From IMG/VR virus record IMGVR_UViG_3300028571_000009: a stretch of 64,000 bases of DNA. One strand, given 5' to 3'. The stretch's first letter is position 1; each line of letters begins with the position of its first letter. Of the stretch, positions 27,717 to 38,410 are shown in pieces. This DNA is from a virus. A program made the translations under genes and the position numbers. The notes below the pieces were generated by a model. That model was given only the letters and a program-made list of their open reading frames with translations, was not told the origin of the DNA and searched no databases.

Positions 27717-29051
27717 ATGGAAAATAAAGACAAACAACTATTAGTGATGGTTTCTCCCATTGCAGCTGTCTCAGGATACGGTTCACGTTCTAGAGATTTA
27801 GCCCGCGCGATTCTGGCACTGGATAAATATAATGTACAATTTATAAGCACCCGATGGGGTGGTACACCACTCAATGCATTGGTATCAGGTCAGGATGATG
27901 ATATCATATCTAGATTAGTGGCTAATGTAACTACACAGCCGGATATTTTTATTCAGGTATCAGTACCTAATGAATTCCAGGCAATTGGTAAATTTAATAT
28001 CGGTGTAACAGCTGGTATCGAAACCACAATGTGCGCAGCCCCTTGGCTAGAAGGTCTGAATAAAATGGACCTGAATATAGTTCCGAGTCAACACTCGAAG
28101 CATGTATTCGAGATTAGTAAGTATGATAAAGTGAATAATAACACCAAACAAAAGGAAGGTGAATTAGCTCTTATCAAACCCATTGAAGTTCTATTCGAGG
28201 GTGTGAATCTCAATGTATACAAAAAGACTGATGAGCTTAATAAGAGTATCTTAGAGCAAATGTCAGCCGTTAAGGAGCAGTTTGCATTTCTCTTCACGGG
28301 GCATTATATGGTAGGTGATATGGGTGAAGATAGAAAGAATGTCGGTATGATGATTAAGTGCTTTTTAGAGGCATTTAAGAATGTAACCGTAGCCCCGGCA
28401 TTAGTATTAAAAGTTAGCGGCGGAACATTCTCTCATATTGATAGATTAGAATTACTACGTAAGATTAACATGATTAAGAAATCTGTCAAAGCTACGCGAC
28501 TTCCGAATGTGTATCTATTACATGGTGATTTAACTGAGTCAGAAATGAACTCATTAAACATGCATCCGAAGATTAAAGCCCATGTCACATTAACTAAGGG
28601 TGAAGGTTATGGTAGGCCGTTAGCAGAGTTTGCTATGACAGGAAAACCAATTGTAGCGACTAATTGGTCAGGACATATTGATTTCCTGAATAAGGATTAT
28701 GTTACATTGATTCCAGGTAAGTTAACGCCTGTACATAAGAGTGCGCAATGGGATAATGTTATCATCAAAGATTCGCAGTGGTTTACAGCTGACTATGGAG
28801 TATTTGTTGCGACTCTCCGGGACATGTATAAGAATTATGACAGCTACTTAGAAAAGTCTAGAAAAATGACCAAGTATATGAAGGATAACTTCTCTTGGGA
28901 CATCATGAAAGATAAACTAGGTGAAATTCTCGGTAAGATTCCGGCGTTTCCTAAAGCAGCTCAACAAATACAATTACCACAATTGAAACGTGTCGGTGAT
29001 ATTCCGAAGATTAATTTACCAAAACTTAAAAAAGTAGAAAGTGCGGCTTAG
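27717..29051 (+). CDS. glycosyltransferase, GT4-like
   Basis: SGYG, RKN, GEGYGRPLAE, SGHIDFL. Confidence 0.85.
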   Translation: MENKDKQLLVMVSPIAAVSGYGSRSRDLARAILALDKYNVQFISTRWGGTPLNALVSGQDDDIISRLVANVTTQPDIFIQVSVPNEFQAIGKFNIGVTAGIETTMCAAPWLEGLNKMDLNIVPSQHSKHVFEISKYDKVNNNTKQKEGELALIKPIEVLFEGVNLNVYKKTDELNKSILEQMSAVKEQFAFLFTGHYMVGDMGEDRKNVGMMIKCFLEAFKNVTVAPALVLKVSGGTFSHIDRLELLRKINMIKKSVKATRLPNVYLLHGDLTESEMNSLNMHPKIKAHVTLTKGEGYGRPLAEFAMTGKPIVATNWSGHIDFLNKDYVTLIPGKLTPVHKSAQWDNVIIKDSQWFTADYGVFVATLRDMYKNYDSYLEKSRKMTKYMKDNFSWDIMKDKLGEILGKIPAFPKAAQQIQLPQLKRVGDIPKINLPKLKKVESAA

Positions 29052-29559
29052 TTACTCTATACTAACTCACAATGAGGGTGAGTCAATTGAAACTCTATTG
29101 AGTTTCTTAGTGGAGTTTAAAGATTCTGAGGATGAAATTGTCGTTGTAGATGATTACTCAGATGATGAATTAACTTTACAAATACTTAAGGATTATCAAA
29201 GTAATAAACACATTAAGTTATTTCATCGCGCACTTAATAAAGATTTCGCTTCGCAAAAGAACTTCTTAATGAGCAAATGCACGGGCGACTATATTTTTAA
29301 TATAGATGCAGATGAGCAAGTATCGCCAGAATTTATCATTAACTTAAAAGATATTTTAGAACTAAATCCTGATATTGAGCTATACGCAGTGCCACGAATA
29401 AATATTGTTACTGGTATAAATGACGGACATATTAAAAAATGGGGATGGCATGTAACTTCTAATGAACGGTATATACAAACGGTAGAATTTGATTTAGATA
29501 ATCCAATTGATTTAGCTCAATTTAACATGTTAACGAGTAATAATTTAATAATTAATTAA
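29041..29559 (+). CDS. GT2 glycosyltransferase, N-terminal half of a split gene
   Basis: THNEG, VVDD, DFASQKN, IDADE, PRIN. Confidence 0.75.
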   Translation: MRLSYSILTHNEGESIETLLSFLVEFKDSEDEIVVVDDYSDDELTLQILKDYQSNKHIKLFHRALNKDFASQKNFLMSKCTGDYIFNIDADEQVSPEFIINLKDILELNPDIELYAVPRINIVTGINDGHIKKWGWHVTSNERYIQTVEFDLDNPIDLAQFNMLTSNNLIIN

Positions 29560-29610
29560 TAGCAACGGTCAGAGTCTATATTGAATTTATATTTCTATAT
29601 TTATACATGT

Positions 29611-30270
29611 ATGGAGATTGTATATTCTAGAAAATGCCCTAAATGTGATTCAACTATTTCGTATAAGGGCGGAAAACATGGCAAGTATGCATGCAGAAAT
29701 GCAGCCGCGGCAGGTAAATTATGTAAAAAATGCATGATGCTCGGGAAGTCTCATAAAGAACGATGGGGCACGCAATATGATGTAATAACAGCTAAACGAA
29801 ATATAAGTTTACAAAATACCCCACATTGGTGGCAAGATAAAATAGTAGATGCCCGACATAAAAACGGAACATATGTTATTAGCGAACGACATAAAGATAT
29901 CTTAAGAATTGTATCAAAATTTTGTAGCAGGGGAGCAGAACATATTCATATTAAGAAAATTCTTATTGAACAAAATATTACATGGGATGAATATAAATCA
30001 GCGTCGTCCGAATATATGAATTATTGTAGAGATGTTGCATATTGGACAAATAGGAGCGGATATACATTATTAGAACATCATGATAAACGTGGTAAAGCGG
30101 GAACATTGGGAGCATATCAACTAGACCATATTATAGAGAAGTCTGTGGGGTTTATCAATAATATTCCCGCGGAAGTAATTGGCCATATATCAAATCTTCA
30201 GTACATACCATGGGAAGAAAATCTAAAAAAACGAAGATACCCCGGAGGTATGAAAAATAAGAAACTATGA
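29611..30270 (+). CDS. HNH endonuclease inserted within the GT2 gene
   Basis: N-terminal CPKC/CKKC; C-terminal YQLDHII...NLQYIPWEENLKK. Confidence 0.7.
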   Translation: MEIVYSRKCPKCDSTISYKGGKHGKYACRNAAAAGKLCKKCMMLGKSHKERWGTQYDVITAKRNISLQNTPHWWQDKIVDARHKNGTYVISERHKDILRIVSKFCSRGAEHIHIKKILIEQNITWDEYKSASSEYMNYCRDVAYWTNRSGYTLLEHHDKRGKAGTLGAYQLDHIIEKSVGFINNIPAEVIGHISNLQYIPWEENLKKRRYPGGMKNKKL

Positions 30271-30494
30271 GAAAAACTGTAACCTTTTACACGCCAATTA
30301 TTAACTTTCCGGACTATCAATATCGTTTAATGAAACGATTACCGGATATTAAATGGGCCGGGCATGTACATGAAAGGCCGAGTAGTAATTCTAGAAAACT
30401 CAGTGTCGGTGTGATACCAGATGAATTTGCATTAGAACATCATAAATCTATCTCGAGGCAAGAACAACAAAATAATTTTTACGATAGTATATGA
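30267..30494 (+). CDS. GT2 glycosyltransferase, C-terminal half of a split gene
   Basis: NFPDYQYR, W.GHVHE, LEHHK. Confidence 0.7.
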   Translation: MRKTVTFYTPIINFPDYQYRLMKRLPDIKWAGHVHERPSSNSRKLSVGVIPDEFALEHHKSISRQEQQNNFYDSI

Positions 30495-31171
30495 AACCGG
30501 AAGAACAACAAATTCGAGAATATAACCTTTACATGACAGCATTTAAAGGGTTTGATATAAATCGTATAGATATTATAAATCATCTTATAACTAAGTTTGG
30601 TTATACTGACTACTTAGAAATAGGTGTTCACGGTGGTCACTGTATTCGTAACATTTACGCGTTACGAAAGGATGGTGTCGACCCTGGGGCAGAAACTAGA
30701 ATACCGCCAGAAGTTAATTATCCAATGACATCCGACGCCTTCTTCGAACAAATATCTGCTGATAAAAAGTATGATATCATCTTTATCGATGGATTACATC
30801 ATGATACTCAGGTGTATAAAGATATTAAGAATGCAATGCTACACCTTAACGAAGGCGGAACAATTGTATGTCATGATATGAGCCCGAACTGGGAGATTAA
30901 TCAACGTAAGAGACCTGTTCCGGGCGTTGGGGCATGGAATGGCGATTGTTGGAAAGCATGGGTGAAACTTAGAACTGAATTAACTGACTGGTCTATGGAA
31001 GTGGTTAATACTGACCACGGGGTTGGTATCATTAGAGCTGGTCACAATAAACCGCTACCATTTTATGGTGATGCGTTTAATCTAGATTTTGATTATTTAG
31101 ATGATAACCGAAAGGAGGCATTAAATCTAATATCAGTAGAAGACTTCTTCAACAAATACAGCAATGATTAA
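30491..31171 (+). CDS. class I SAM methyltransferase (Methyltransf_24-like)
   Basis: YLEIGV, GVDP, DIIFIDGLH, IVCHD. Confidence 0.8.
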   Translation: MKPEEQQIREYNLYMTAFKGFDINRIDIINHLITKFGYTDYLEIGVHGGHCIRNIYALRKDGVDPGAETRIPPEVNYPMTSDAFFEQISADKKYDIIFIDGLHHDTQVYKDIKNAMLHLNEGGTIVCHDMSPNWEINQRKRPVPGVGAWNGDCWKAWVKLRTELTDWSMEVVNTDHGVGIIRAGHNKPLPFYGDAFNLDFDYLDDNRKEALNLISVEDFFNKYSND

Positions 31172-32204
31172 AATTAAGCTTTATGAGTTAGATAAGCATC
31201 GGAACGAATGTACGTTCCGGCCTTACTTATACGCCGCAGAGTCCTTACGGGAAGTTGGTATTGAATTCACAGAAGGGGATTCATATGATTATGCATGGGT
31301 CGCTCAAGCGTCTTTCATGAATAAGAAAGTATCATTAGAACAATCAGTAGATGATGGTTTAGAATTTCTATCCAAAATTACTGGCGATTATATGTTAATC
31401 GATGGACAGGATTCAACATCGTTAATGGGTTCATATGAAGTATTTACCCAATCTGATGCATTACTACTGTTGAAAAATAGTTTACTTAGGGACCGGACAC
31501 TTTATAAGACCGGATGGAACCTAGGAAGAAATTATTGGGGCATAGGCGATTACAAATTACCAGACTTCGATAAATATTCAGACCAAATAGTGCTGTCAGG
31601 TACTAACTGGTTACTTACACATTGGGCTGGTACTAATGGAACGCCGTGGTCTGAGATTAAACGTCATAGACCGTATGATGTTTCTGCTATGTTTCAATAT
31701 CCTAGTTTATCTGAGTCATATGAGCACGGTCAACTACAGAATGTATTCTATGATAACTTTAGAAAGCCTAGCATTGATATCATAAATCAATTACCGTATA
31801 AAGTAGCTAAACTCGAAGCGGGTGTTAGAGTTTCACAACAGGAATATTACAATAGAATGTATAATTCAAAAATAATATTTGCTCCGTATGGGTATGGTGA
31901 AATGGCTCCACGTGATTTGGAAGCAGCTTATTTCGGAGCAGTACTGATTAAGCCTGATATGAGTCATATTCAGACATTACCAGATATATTTACCGATGAA
32001 ACATATGTCGCGTGTAAACACGATTTCAGCGACCTGCGAGAAAAAATAGATATGATTCTTGGTGATTACGATAAGTATACTTATATTGTGGAAAGAGCTA
32101 GGCAACGTATTCATACAGCAATGGACCCGGACATGGTGGCTTGGACTATTTATAAGTTATTTAAACAATTACCGAATGTTACCGAAGTTAGCACTAATAG
32201 TTGA
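31164..32204 (+). CDS. glycosyltransferase-like protein
   Basis: SKIIFAPYGYGEM..RD.E, LIKPD C-terminal GT-B pattern. Confidence 0.65.
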   Translation: MIKIKLYELDKHRNECTFRPYLYAAESLREVGIEFTEGDSYDYAWVAQASFMNKKVSLEQSVDDGLEFLSKITGDYMLIDGQDSTSLMGSYEVFTQSDALLLLKNSLLRDRTLYKTGWNLGRNYWGIGDYKLPDFDKYSDQIVLSGTNWLLTHWAGTNGTPWSEIKRHRPYDVSAMFQYPSLSESYEHGQLQNVFYDNFRKPSIDIINQLPYKVAKLEAGVRVSQQEYYNRMYNSKIIFAPYGYGEMAPRDLEAAYFGAVLIKPDMSHIQTLPDIFTDETYVACKHDFSDLREKIDMILGDYDKYTYIVERARQRIHTAMDPDMVAWTIYKLFKQLPNVTEVSTNS

Positions 32205-33114
32205 TAAGGCAAAACGAGAATCATACGAGATTCATGATGATAAAAGTTATCTATTAGGAACTAATACCCCATATTCATTCCAGCATTCAATCGGTAATGA
32301 GTGTCACATAGGTTTCTGGTCATACCCTAAGTTATTCGGTGATGGATACTTTATTAAGGTAGATGAAAGGCCGCTTCCGGCTCTAGAATTAGATGTTATT
32401 ATACTTGCCCTAGAAAGTGAGAAGTGGAAAGAGTATCTAGCTAAGGTGCGTAAGGCATATCCTAATGCTAAGATAGTCGGTACAATTAAAGAGCTTTCTA
32501 GTTATAAGTATGAATTTTTAGAAAGCTGTGATTACATCGGGTTACAATATTCTAACGTGGCGAATATCCTCGGTTCAGGAACGAGAGACCGAAACAATCT
32601 ATTCTGGTTACCGCAGCCTGTTGATATTGAATTTTTACGAAGCCGTTACATAACTGATAGCAAGGAAGTAAAACTCTTTTGTTACGAACACCACGCATCA
32701 AGCAGACGAGGCAGAACGTCAGAGTTCTGCAGATACATGGCTGAGAAACACCATATGCAGGTTACGACTGCAACCACAACCGGAGATAATCAAACTCAAT
32801 GGGCCAGCTTTATAGATACATGGAAGGATTGTTTATTTCACGTGAACCTAGACCCTGAGTATCAGTTCGGACAACAAGCAACACAATGTGCAGCATTGCA
32901 GACAATCAATATCGGTGGACTGAATGATTCACACTTTAAGTTATTTCCGAAGACTGCGACTAACGATTTCGATATTTTAGAAACAGAATTAATTAGACTT
33001 GCCACAGATGCTTCATACACGGCGGAGACAATGCAATATGCGTATGACCGAGTAAACAAGTTATATTCTATACCGGCCGTTGCACAAACATTACTTAAAA
33101 ATATTACGGGATGA
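32176..33114 (+). CDS. glycosyltransferase-like protein
   Basis: PQPVD, FHVNLD, GQQATQCAAL; ATG 32176 preferred. Confidence 0.55.
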   Translation: MLPKLALIVDKAKRESYEIHDDKSYLLGTNTPYSFQHSIGNECHIGFWSYPKLFGDGYFIKVDERPLPALELDVIILALESEKWKEYLAKVRKAYPNAKIVGTIKELSSYKYEFLESCDYIGLQYSNVANILGSGTRDRNNLFWLPQPVDIEFLRSRYITDSKEVKLFCYEHHASSRRGRTSEFCRYMAEKHHMQVTTATTTGDNQTQWASFIDTWKDCLFHVNLDPEYQFGQQATQCAALQTINIGGLNDSHFKLFPKTATNDFDILETELIRLATDASYTAETMQYAYDRVNKLYSIPAVAQTLLKNITG

Positions 33115-33386
33115 AAATAGGATTTATAGTCACCGCACATTACTCAAATGAATATAGACCGAATGGTGATAAATTCTTAGGTAATTTTATTACATCATTA
33201 CGTGAAAGTATGGAGTGTCCATACTCGCTGTACATAATCGATAATGGGTCGTCAAACATGCTTACAATAGATGACACATCTATTACTACGACAATACGGA
33301 TAACCGACCAGACTCAGGAAGGTATCACAGGAGCATGGAATACCGGTCTGGTGGACTTCTCTAATCAAGTAACTTTGGTTGATTAG
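33111..33386 (+). pseudogene. truncated GT2 N-terminal fragment
   Basis: IIDNGS and GAWNTG, then runs into the promoter at 33375; no DxD half. Confidence 0.55.
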
Positions 33387-33403
33387 TATATTTTTCTTAT
33401 ATT
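33375..33403 (+). promoter_or_regulatory. promoter TTGG-N19-TATATT, ATG 6 nt downstream
   Basis: Family consensus. Confidence 0.65.
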
Positions 33404-33409
33404 ACAGTT

Positions 33410-34588
33410 ATGAATAGAATAGAATTTTTAGATTTAGGCAAGCAGCCAATCGCTAATAGGTTTGTATACGCTAATGAAGTTGGTGATGAATATTTTTATC
33501 ATCTACGAGTTGGTATGGACTCTGATACTAAGTTAATCACTCATATGGAATATGTAGATTCGCCAATGATGTTTAACGAAAATTATGCATACAGGGGGTC
33601 GATGTCCAGAACGATGGTTAATCATTTTGCTGATTTTAGTAATACTATTAAAGCCGCTATATCGCCGAAAAATGTGTTAGAAATAGGGAGTAACGACGGC
33701 GTATTTTTAAAAAATTGGTCGAGCGGAACTACATACGCCGTCGAGCCGTGTAGTAATTTTGCTAAAGAAACAAATGATTTAGGATATAAGACCTACCATA
33801 GTTTCTGGAACGTAGCCCTATCAGAGCAAATCAAAAAGGAGCATGGTACCATGGATATGGTGTTCGCCGCTAATTGTATGTGTCACATTCCTAATTTGGA
33901 TGATGCCTTTGAGGCGGTATACAATATATTAAGCCCTGGTGGTCGGTTTATATTTGAAGACCCGTCGCTTGCTCAAATGCTTAATAGTAATTCATATGAC
34001 CAGATATATGATGAACATCCACATATCTTTTCAGTAATCGCGTTGAATAATATATTAGCCCGGCATAAAATGCAAATTGTTAGAGTAGATAACATATCAG
34101 TACACGGTGGTTCGAATAGAATATACGCGGCTAGAATAGAAGATAATGTAAAAGTTGAATCAAGTGTTCAAGATAACATTACATTTGAAACTATTATGGG
34201 GTGTGATAGTTTGATAGAATTAGGACAATTTGCCAGACGCGTTTTACAATCTAGTAACGATTTATATGCGTTGTTAGCTAAATGTAAAAATGCTGGTAAG
34301 AAAGTTATTAGCTATGGCGCCACATCAAAATCAACTACCGTATTCAATTATAGTGGTATTGACCCGGAATTAATATCATATGTTATAGATATAACACCAG
34401 AAAAGATTGGTAAGTTAACTCCGGGCAGTCATATACCTATTGTAAATGAACCGCGAATACCTAATGATGTGGATTATGCATTTTTAGGTGCATGGAATTT
34501 TGCCGCGGAAATATCAAAAAAAGAGTCGGAATTTATACAGCGCGGAGGAAAATTTATCACCCATGTACCAATTGTAAAATTTATATAA
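33410..34588 (+). CDS. NDP-hexose C-methyltransferase-like
   Basis: LDLGKQPIAN, LEIGSNDG, YDEH, HGGSNR, YGATSKS, AWNFA. Confidence 0.85.
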   Translation: MNRIEFLDLGKQPIANRFVYANEVGDEYFYHLRVGMDSDTKLITHMEYVDSPMMFNENYAYRGSMSRTMVNHFADFSNTIKAAISPKNVLEIGSNDGVFLKNWSSGTTYAVEPCSNFAKETNDLGYKTYHSFWNVALSEQIKKEHGTMDMVFAANCMCHIPNLDDAFEAVYNILSPGGRFIFEDPSLAQMLNSNSYDQIYDEHPHIFSVIALNNILARHKMQIVRVDNISVHGGSNRIYAARIEDNVKVESSVQDNITFETIMGCDSLIELGQFARRVLQSSNDLYALLAKCKNAGKKVISYGATSKSTTVFNYSGIDPELISYVIDITPEKIGKLTPGSHIPIVNEPRIPNDVDYAFLGAWNFAAEISKKESEFIQRGGKFITHVPIVKFI

Positions 34589-34589
34589 T

Positions 34590-34973
34590 ATGAAATTTAA
34601 TGAAGATGACCGGGCGCAACGATTATTAAATGTATTTCCGGTAATAAACGGACAACTTAATATATCATATGTTAATTCTACAGAACATATTGTAGCTTGG
34701 CATAGACATCGAATACAAACAGATTATTGGATATGTTTAAAGGGAGCGTTTAAAGTAGGAATTGCAGATGAATTAGGCAATGTTACCTGGGAATATCTAT
34801 CTGATAAAAATTTTAGAGTGTTAGAAATAACTCCTGGCTTCTATCATGGATATAAAGCATTAGAACCGAATTCAATTTTAATGTATTATTTAACTGAGAA
34901 ATATAATCCTGATGATGAATTTCGCGCCGAAGTCGGTTCTTTCGGGGAAAAATGGAATACCGAAAACAAATGA
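34590..34973 (+). CDS. RmlC-like dTDP-sugar 3,5-epimerase (cupin)
   Basis: DDRA, AWHRH, PGFYHGYKAL. Confidence 0.75.
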   Translation: MKFNEDDRAQRLLNVFPVINGQLNISYVNSTEHIVAWHRHRIQTDYWICLKGAFKVGIADELGNVTWEYLSDKNFRVLEITPGFYHGYKALEPNSILMYYLTEKYNPDDEFRAEVGSFGEKWNTENK

Positions 34974-35386
34974 CAACGATTGATGATGTATTATTATTTA
35001 GGGCGAAACAAATAATTGAGCCAAATGGTATTTTAATGCCAATTGAATTTGATTCTACTTTGCAATTTAAACCTAAACGAACTTTTTTTGTATATAATGT
35101 ACCTGATTTAAATATACGAGGTAAACATGCGCATTATAAAACAAAACAAATATTAACATGTTTGGCAGGTAAAATTACTGCAATCGTAAAAGATAGTAAA
35201 AGGGAAATGCAATATGAATTATTACCGGGAGATTCAATATATATACCAAATTTAATTTGGGATGAACAGATATATCATTCACCAGATACAGTTCTATTTT
35301 CTTTATGTAGTACATATTATAACATTAATGATTATATAACTGATTTCAATGCATTTACTGAAATAAAACGTAAAACTTTAATTTAA
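34952..35386 (+). CDS. FdtA/QdtA-like sugar 3,4-ketoisomerase
   Basis: KRTFFVY, RGKHAH, YITDF. Confidence 0.8.
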   Translation: MEYRKQMTTIDDVLLFRAKQIIEPNGILMPIEFDSTLQFKPKRTFFVYNVPDLNIRGKHAHYKTKQILTCLAGKITAIVKDSKREMQYELLPGDSIYIPNLIWDEQIYHSPDTVLFSLCSTYYNINDYITDFNAFTEIKRKTLI

Positions 35387-35393
35387 AAATATT

Positions 35394-36044
35394 ATGAACG
35401 AATGTAAAATCCAGCATCTATCGATAGATAATTTTATTCCGTCTGATGCATTAGTACGTGCCGCTGCAAATAGTTTTCAATCTGATATGGATTGGGTTAA
35501 GTATGATGCAAGTAACAACCAAATACAATATTGTTCCAAACTTGGTAGAGAAAATTTACCAACGGCTGCAGAACTTTGTTTAAATTATATAGCAACTAAT
35601 TTCGATCCAAATAAAGCATTTAACGGATTGACGACAAACGCATTTCCAGATTTAACTCATTATGGCGGCGGTATGATGTTAACTCCTAATTCAAATAACG
35701 AAGGAGGGTTTTTAGGAATGCATATAGATGCGGAAGTACATGGTCTACATGGTGATTGGAAACGAGAGTATAGTGCTATACTTTGTTTATCTGAAGAGTT
35801 CGATGAATCTTTTGATCTTAGGTTACATGATGGCGTAAATCACACACGCGTGCCTTATAAGTTTAATAGATTAAATGTTTTTAAGTGTAGTGAATATTCA
35901 TGGCACGGATTTCCAGAAATAACGAAAGGAATGGACCGAAAAACTTTAGGTGTTATGTTTTGGTCTAAAATGACGGAAGAAGATAAAAAGAAAGATAAAA
36001 TAAAAGCTAAATTTAATAATAACTTGCAGTTTAATATTATTTAA
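35394..36044 (+). CDS. 2OG-Fe(II) oxygenase
   Basis: HID, WHG, RK facial-triad pattern. Confidence 0.7.
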   Translation: MNECKIQHLSIDNFIPSDALVRAAANSFQSDMDWVKYDASNNQIQYCSKLGRENLPTAAELCLNYIATNFDPNKAFNGLTTNAFPDLTHYGGGMMLTPNSNNEGGFLGMHIDAEVHGLHGDWKREYSAILCLSEEFDESFDLRLHDGVNHTRVPYKFNRLNVFKCSEYSWHGFPEITKGMDRKTLGVMFWSKMTEEDKKKDKIKAKFNNNLQFNII

Positions 36045-36764
36045 ATGAAAATTCTTATCTCAGGTGGTAATGGTAGATTTGCAAAGGAATTAATTAAACA
36101 TAATACTGAACATATATTAATACCATTATCTAAAAATGAAATGGATATTATGAATTTAATATCTATTGATAATGCTATAAAAAAATACAACCCGGATGTT
36201 TTTATTCATGCAGCTGCATTATCTCGACCGATGAATTTACATGATTCAAACCCGGTAACCGGTATCCAATTAAACATAATAGGAACATCGAATTGTATAA
36301 TATCATGTATACAAAATAACGTTAAATTTGTTTATATATCAACGGATTTTGTATATCCAGGCGTCGATGGAAATTATAAAGAAACCGATGGGGTATATCC
36401 TGTGAATAAATATGCCTGGTCGAAGTTAGGTGGCGAATGTGCTAGTATGATGTATGATAATTCATTAATATTACGAATGGCAATGTTAGAATATCCGTTT
36501 ACGCATACTAAAGCATTTATTGATTCATTTAAAAGTTGTATATGGCAGCATGATGCCGCTAAGCTATTATATAAATTACTCGCACATGATGTTAAAGGTA
36601 TTTATAATGTAGGCCTAAAAAGAAATAGTATTTATAATTTTGTAAATCAAGAAAATATTAATATATTAGAAGAATATAAGAATGCTGCCGCCGGTGATAT
36701 ACCCGGTGATACCAGCATGAATACTGATAAACTAAATAAAATGATAGATGATACAATTATTTAA
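36045..36764 (+). CDS. RmlD-like NDP-sugar reductase (SDR)
   Basis: ISGGNG, HAAA, STDFVY, YAWSK. Confidence 0.8.
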   Translation: MKILISGGNGRFAKELIKHNTEHILIPLSKNEMDIMNLISIDNAIKKYNPDVFIHAAALSRPMNLHDSNPVTGIQLNIIGTSNCIISCIQNNVKFVYISTDFVYPGVDGNYKETDGVYPVNKYAWSKLGGECASMMYDNSLILRMAMLEYPFTHTKAFIDSFKSCIWQHDAAKLLYKLLAHDVKGIYNVGLKRNSIYNFVNQENINILEEYKNAAAGDIPGDTSMNTDKLNKMIDDTII

Positions 36765-37680
36765 CATACCGAACTATACTATTGATACCAGTCAATATTC
36801 TCACTTCTTACATGGTAAGAATGTGACTGAATTTGAAAATAGATTCGCTGAATATGTAGGAGCTAAGTATGCATGTGCAGTAAATAGTGCTACGAATGCA
36901 ATATTTTTAATATTTTTAGGTAAGAAAACGGTAGTGGACGTACCAGCAATGATTCCCCCGGTAGTACTTAATGCATTGATAACATCGGGAAACAGAATAC
37001 GATTTACGGATAACATCGGTTGGATAGGTGATTCATATTTGTTACATGATTTTGGTGGATATAACGTTATAGATTCGGCCCAGAAGGTAGCTAAAAATCA
37101 ATTTGATACAGAAGCCCGACCTGATGACTTAATGTTTTTTAGTTTCTACCCGACAAAACCAGTAGGTAGTTGCGACGGTGGTATGATAGTTAGTAATGAT
37201 AAGGATAAGATTGATTATTTACGTACATTATCATTTAACGGAATGTCATATTCTGAAAATAATTGGGATAGAAAAATAGCATTGCCCGGTTATAAATTCT
37301 ATATGAATAGTATACAGGCTGATATAGCTGAGCGTAATTTATCAAAATTAGAAGCTAAGAAGAGTAAATTACAGCTTATACGTGAATACTATAATGATAA
37401 ATTTGAACTTAATAATACGAGCGACCATTTATACACGGTAACTACTAAACTACAAAATACGGAGTTCATAGCAAAAGCTAAAGAATTAGATATATCGTGC
37501 GGTATTCATTACCCATCGCAAGCAATTAATCCGGTGTACACACCATATGTAGCCGCGGCCACTGATTGTTCAAAATCTAATTTTACTGCGGAGCGAATTG
37601 TATCAATACCATTTCATGAAAATCTAGATTTTGCTGATGTCAGAAAAGTCGTTGATGCGGTAAATAATATGTCAATATGA
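36748..37680 (+). CDS. DegT/DnrJ/EryC1/StrS aminotransferase
   Basis: NSATNA, DSAQ, SFYPTK, GGMI. Confidence 0.85.
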   Translation: MIQLFNIPNYTIDTSQYSHFLHGKNVTEFENRFAEYVGAKYACAVNSATNAIFLIFLGKKTVVDVPAMIPPVVLNALITSGNRIRFTDNIGWIGDSYLLHDFGGYNVIDSAQKVAKNQFDTEARPDDLMFFSFYPTKPVGSCDGGMIVSNDKDKIDYLRTLSFNGMSYSENNWDRKIALPGYKFYMNSIQADIAERNLSKLEAKKSKLQLIREYYNDKFELNNTSDHLYTVTTKLQNTEFIAKAKELDISCGIHYPSQAINPVYTPYVAAATDCSKSNFTAERIVSIPFHENLDFADVRKVVDAVNNMSI

Positions 37681-37717
37681 TTAATTTTACACGTCAACTT
37701 AAAATTTTTACTGCGGT

Positions 37718-38407
37718 ATGAGAAGCTATAAAGAGTCTATGCTAAAAAAACATCGAGGTACCACACAAAAGTCGGAAATTTATTATGATGCGTATTCACA
37801 CATGTTTTCTAGATTCAATATCTTAGATAAACTAACGATATTAGAAATAGGAGTCCGAGATGGTGGTGGTTTGTATACATTAAAAGAACATTTTCCTAAT
37901 GCTATAATAGTTGGATTAGATATCGATACGGGGTGTAAACAATGGGAAGATATAAGTAAAAATATACACGTACGTATAGGCGACCAGTCCGTTCAAAGTA
38001 CATTACAGGATATAATTAATGAATTTACTAGGTTTGATATTATCATCGATGATGGGAGTCACGTATGTGCACATCAAATTAAAAGTTTTGAATTTTTATT
38101 CACAAATTTGAATCCGGCCGGTACTTATGTTATTGAAGACCTACATACTTCTTACTGGAAAGGTTTTAACGATGATAATATTTTATCAATTGATTATTTT
38201 AAAGAATTATGCACAATACCCACCGGGCGCTGGGCACGTAATACTAATAGAACATCGGTGCCCGCGATGTTATCATTAAATAATATTGAAAGTAAAATAG
38301 AGTCGATACATTTTTATGATTCTATTTGTTTTATAAATAAAATTAAACATGATATAGATTTAAGTATGTTGATATCTAATTACAAACAATATTTCATTAC
38401 CCAATAA
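37718..38407 (+). CDS. class I SAM O-methyltransferase
   Basis: ILEIGV..G, GLDID, GDQS, DDGSH, IEDLHTSYW. Confidence 0.8.
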   Translation: MRSYKESMLKKHRGTTQKSEIYYDAYSHMFSRFNILDKLTILEIGVRDGGGLYTLKEHFPNAIIVGLDIDTGCKQWEDISKNIHVRIGDQSVQSTLQDIINEFTRFDIIIDDGSHVCAHQIKSFEFLFTNLNPAGTYVIEDLHTSYWKGFNDDNILSIDYFKELCTIPTGRWARNTNRTSVPAMLSLNNIESKIESIHFYDSICFINKIKHDIDLSMLISNYKQYFITQ

Positions 38408-38410
38408 CCT

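Noticed and set aside
29560-30270. Group I intron carrying the HNH in the GT2 gene
   Set aside because: No recognisable P/Q/R/S core and almost no non-coding flank; the C-half has its own coupled ATG. Not fully excluded without RT-PCR.
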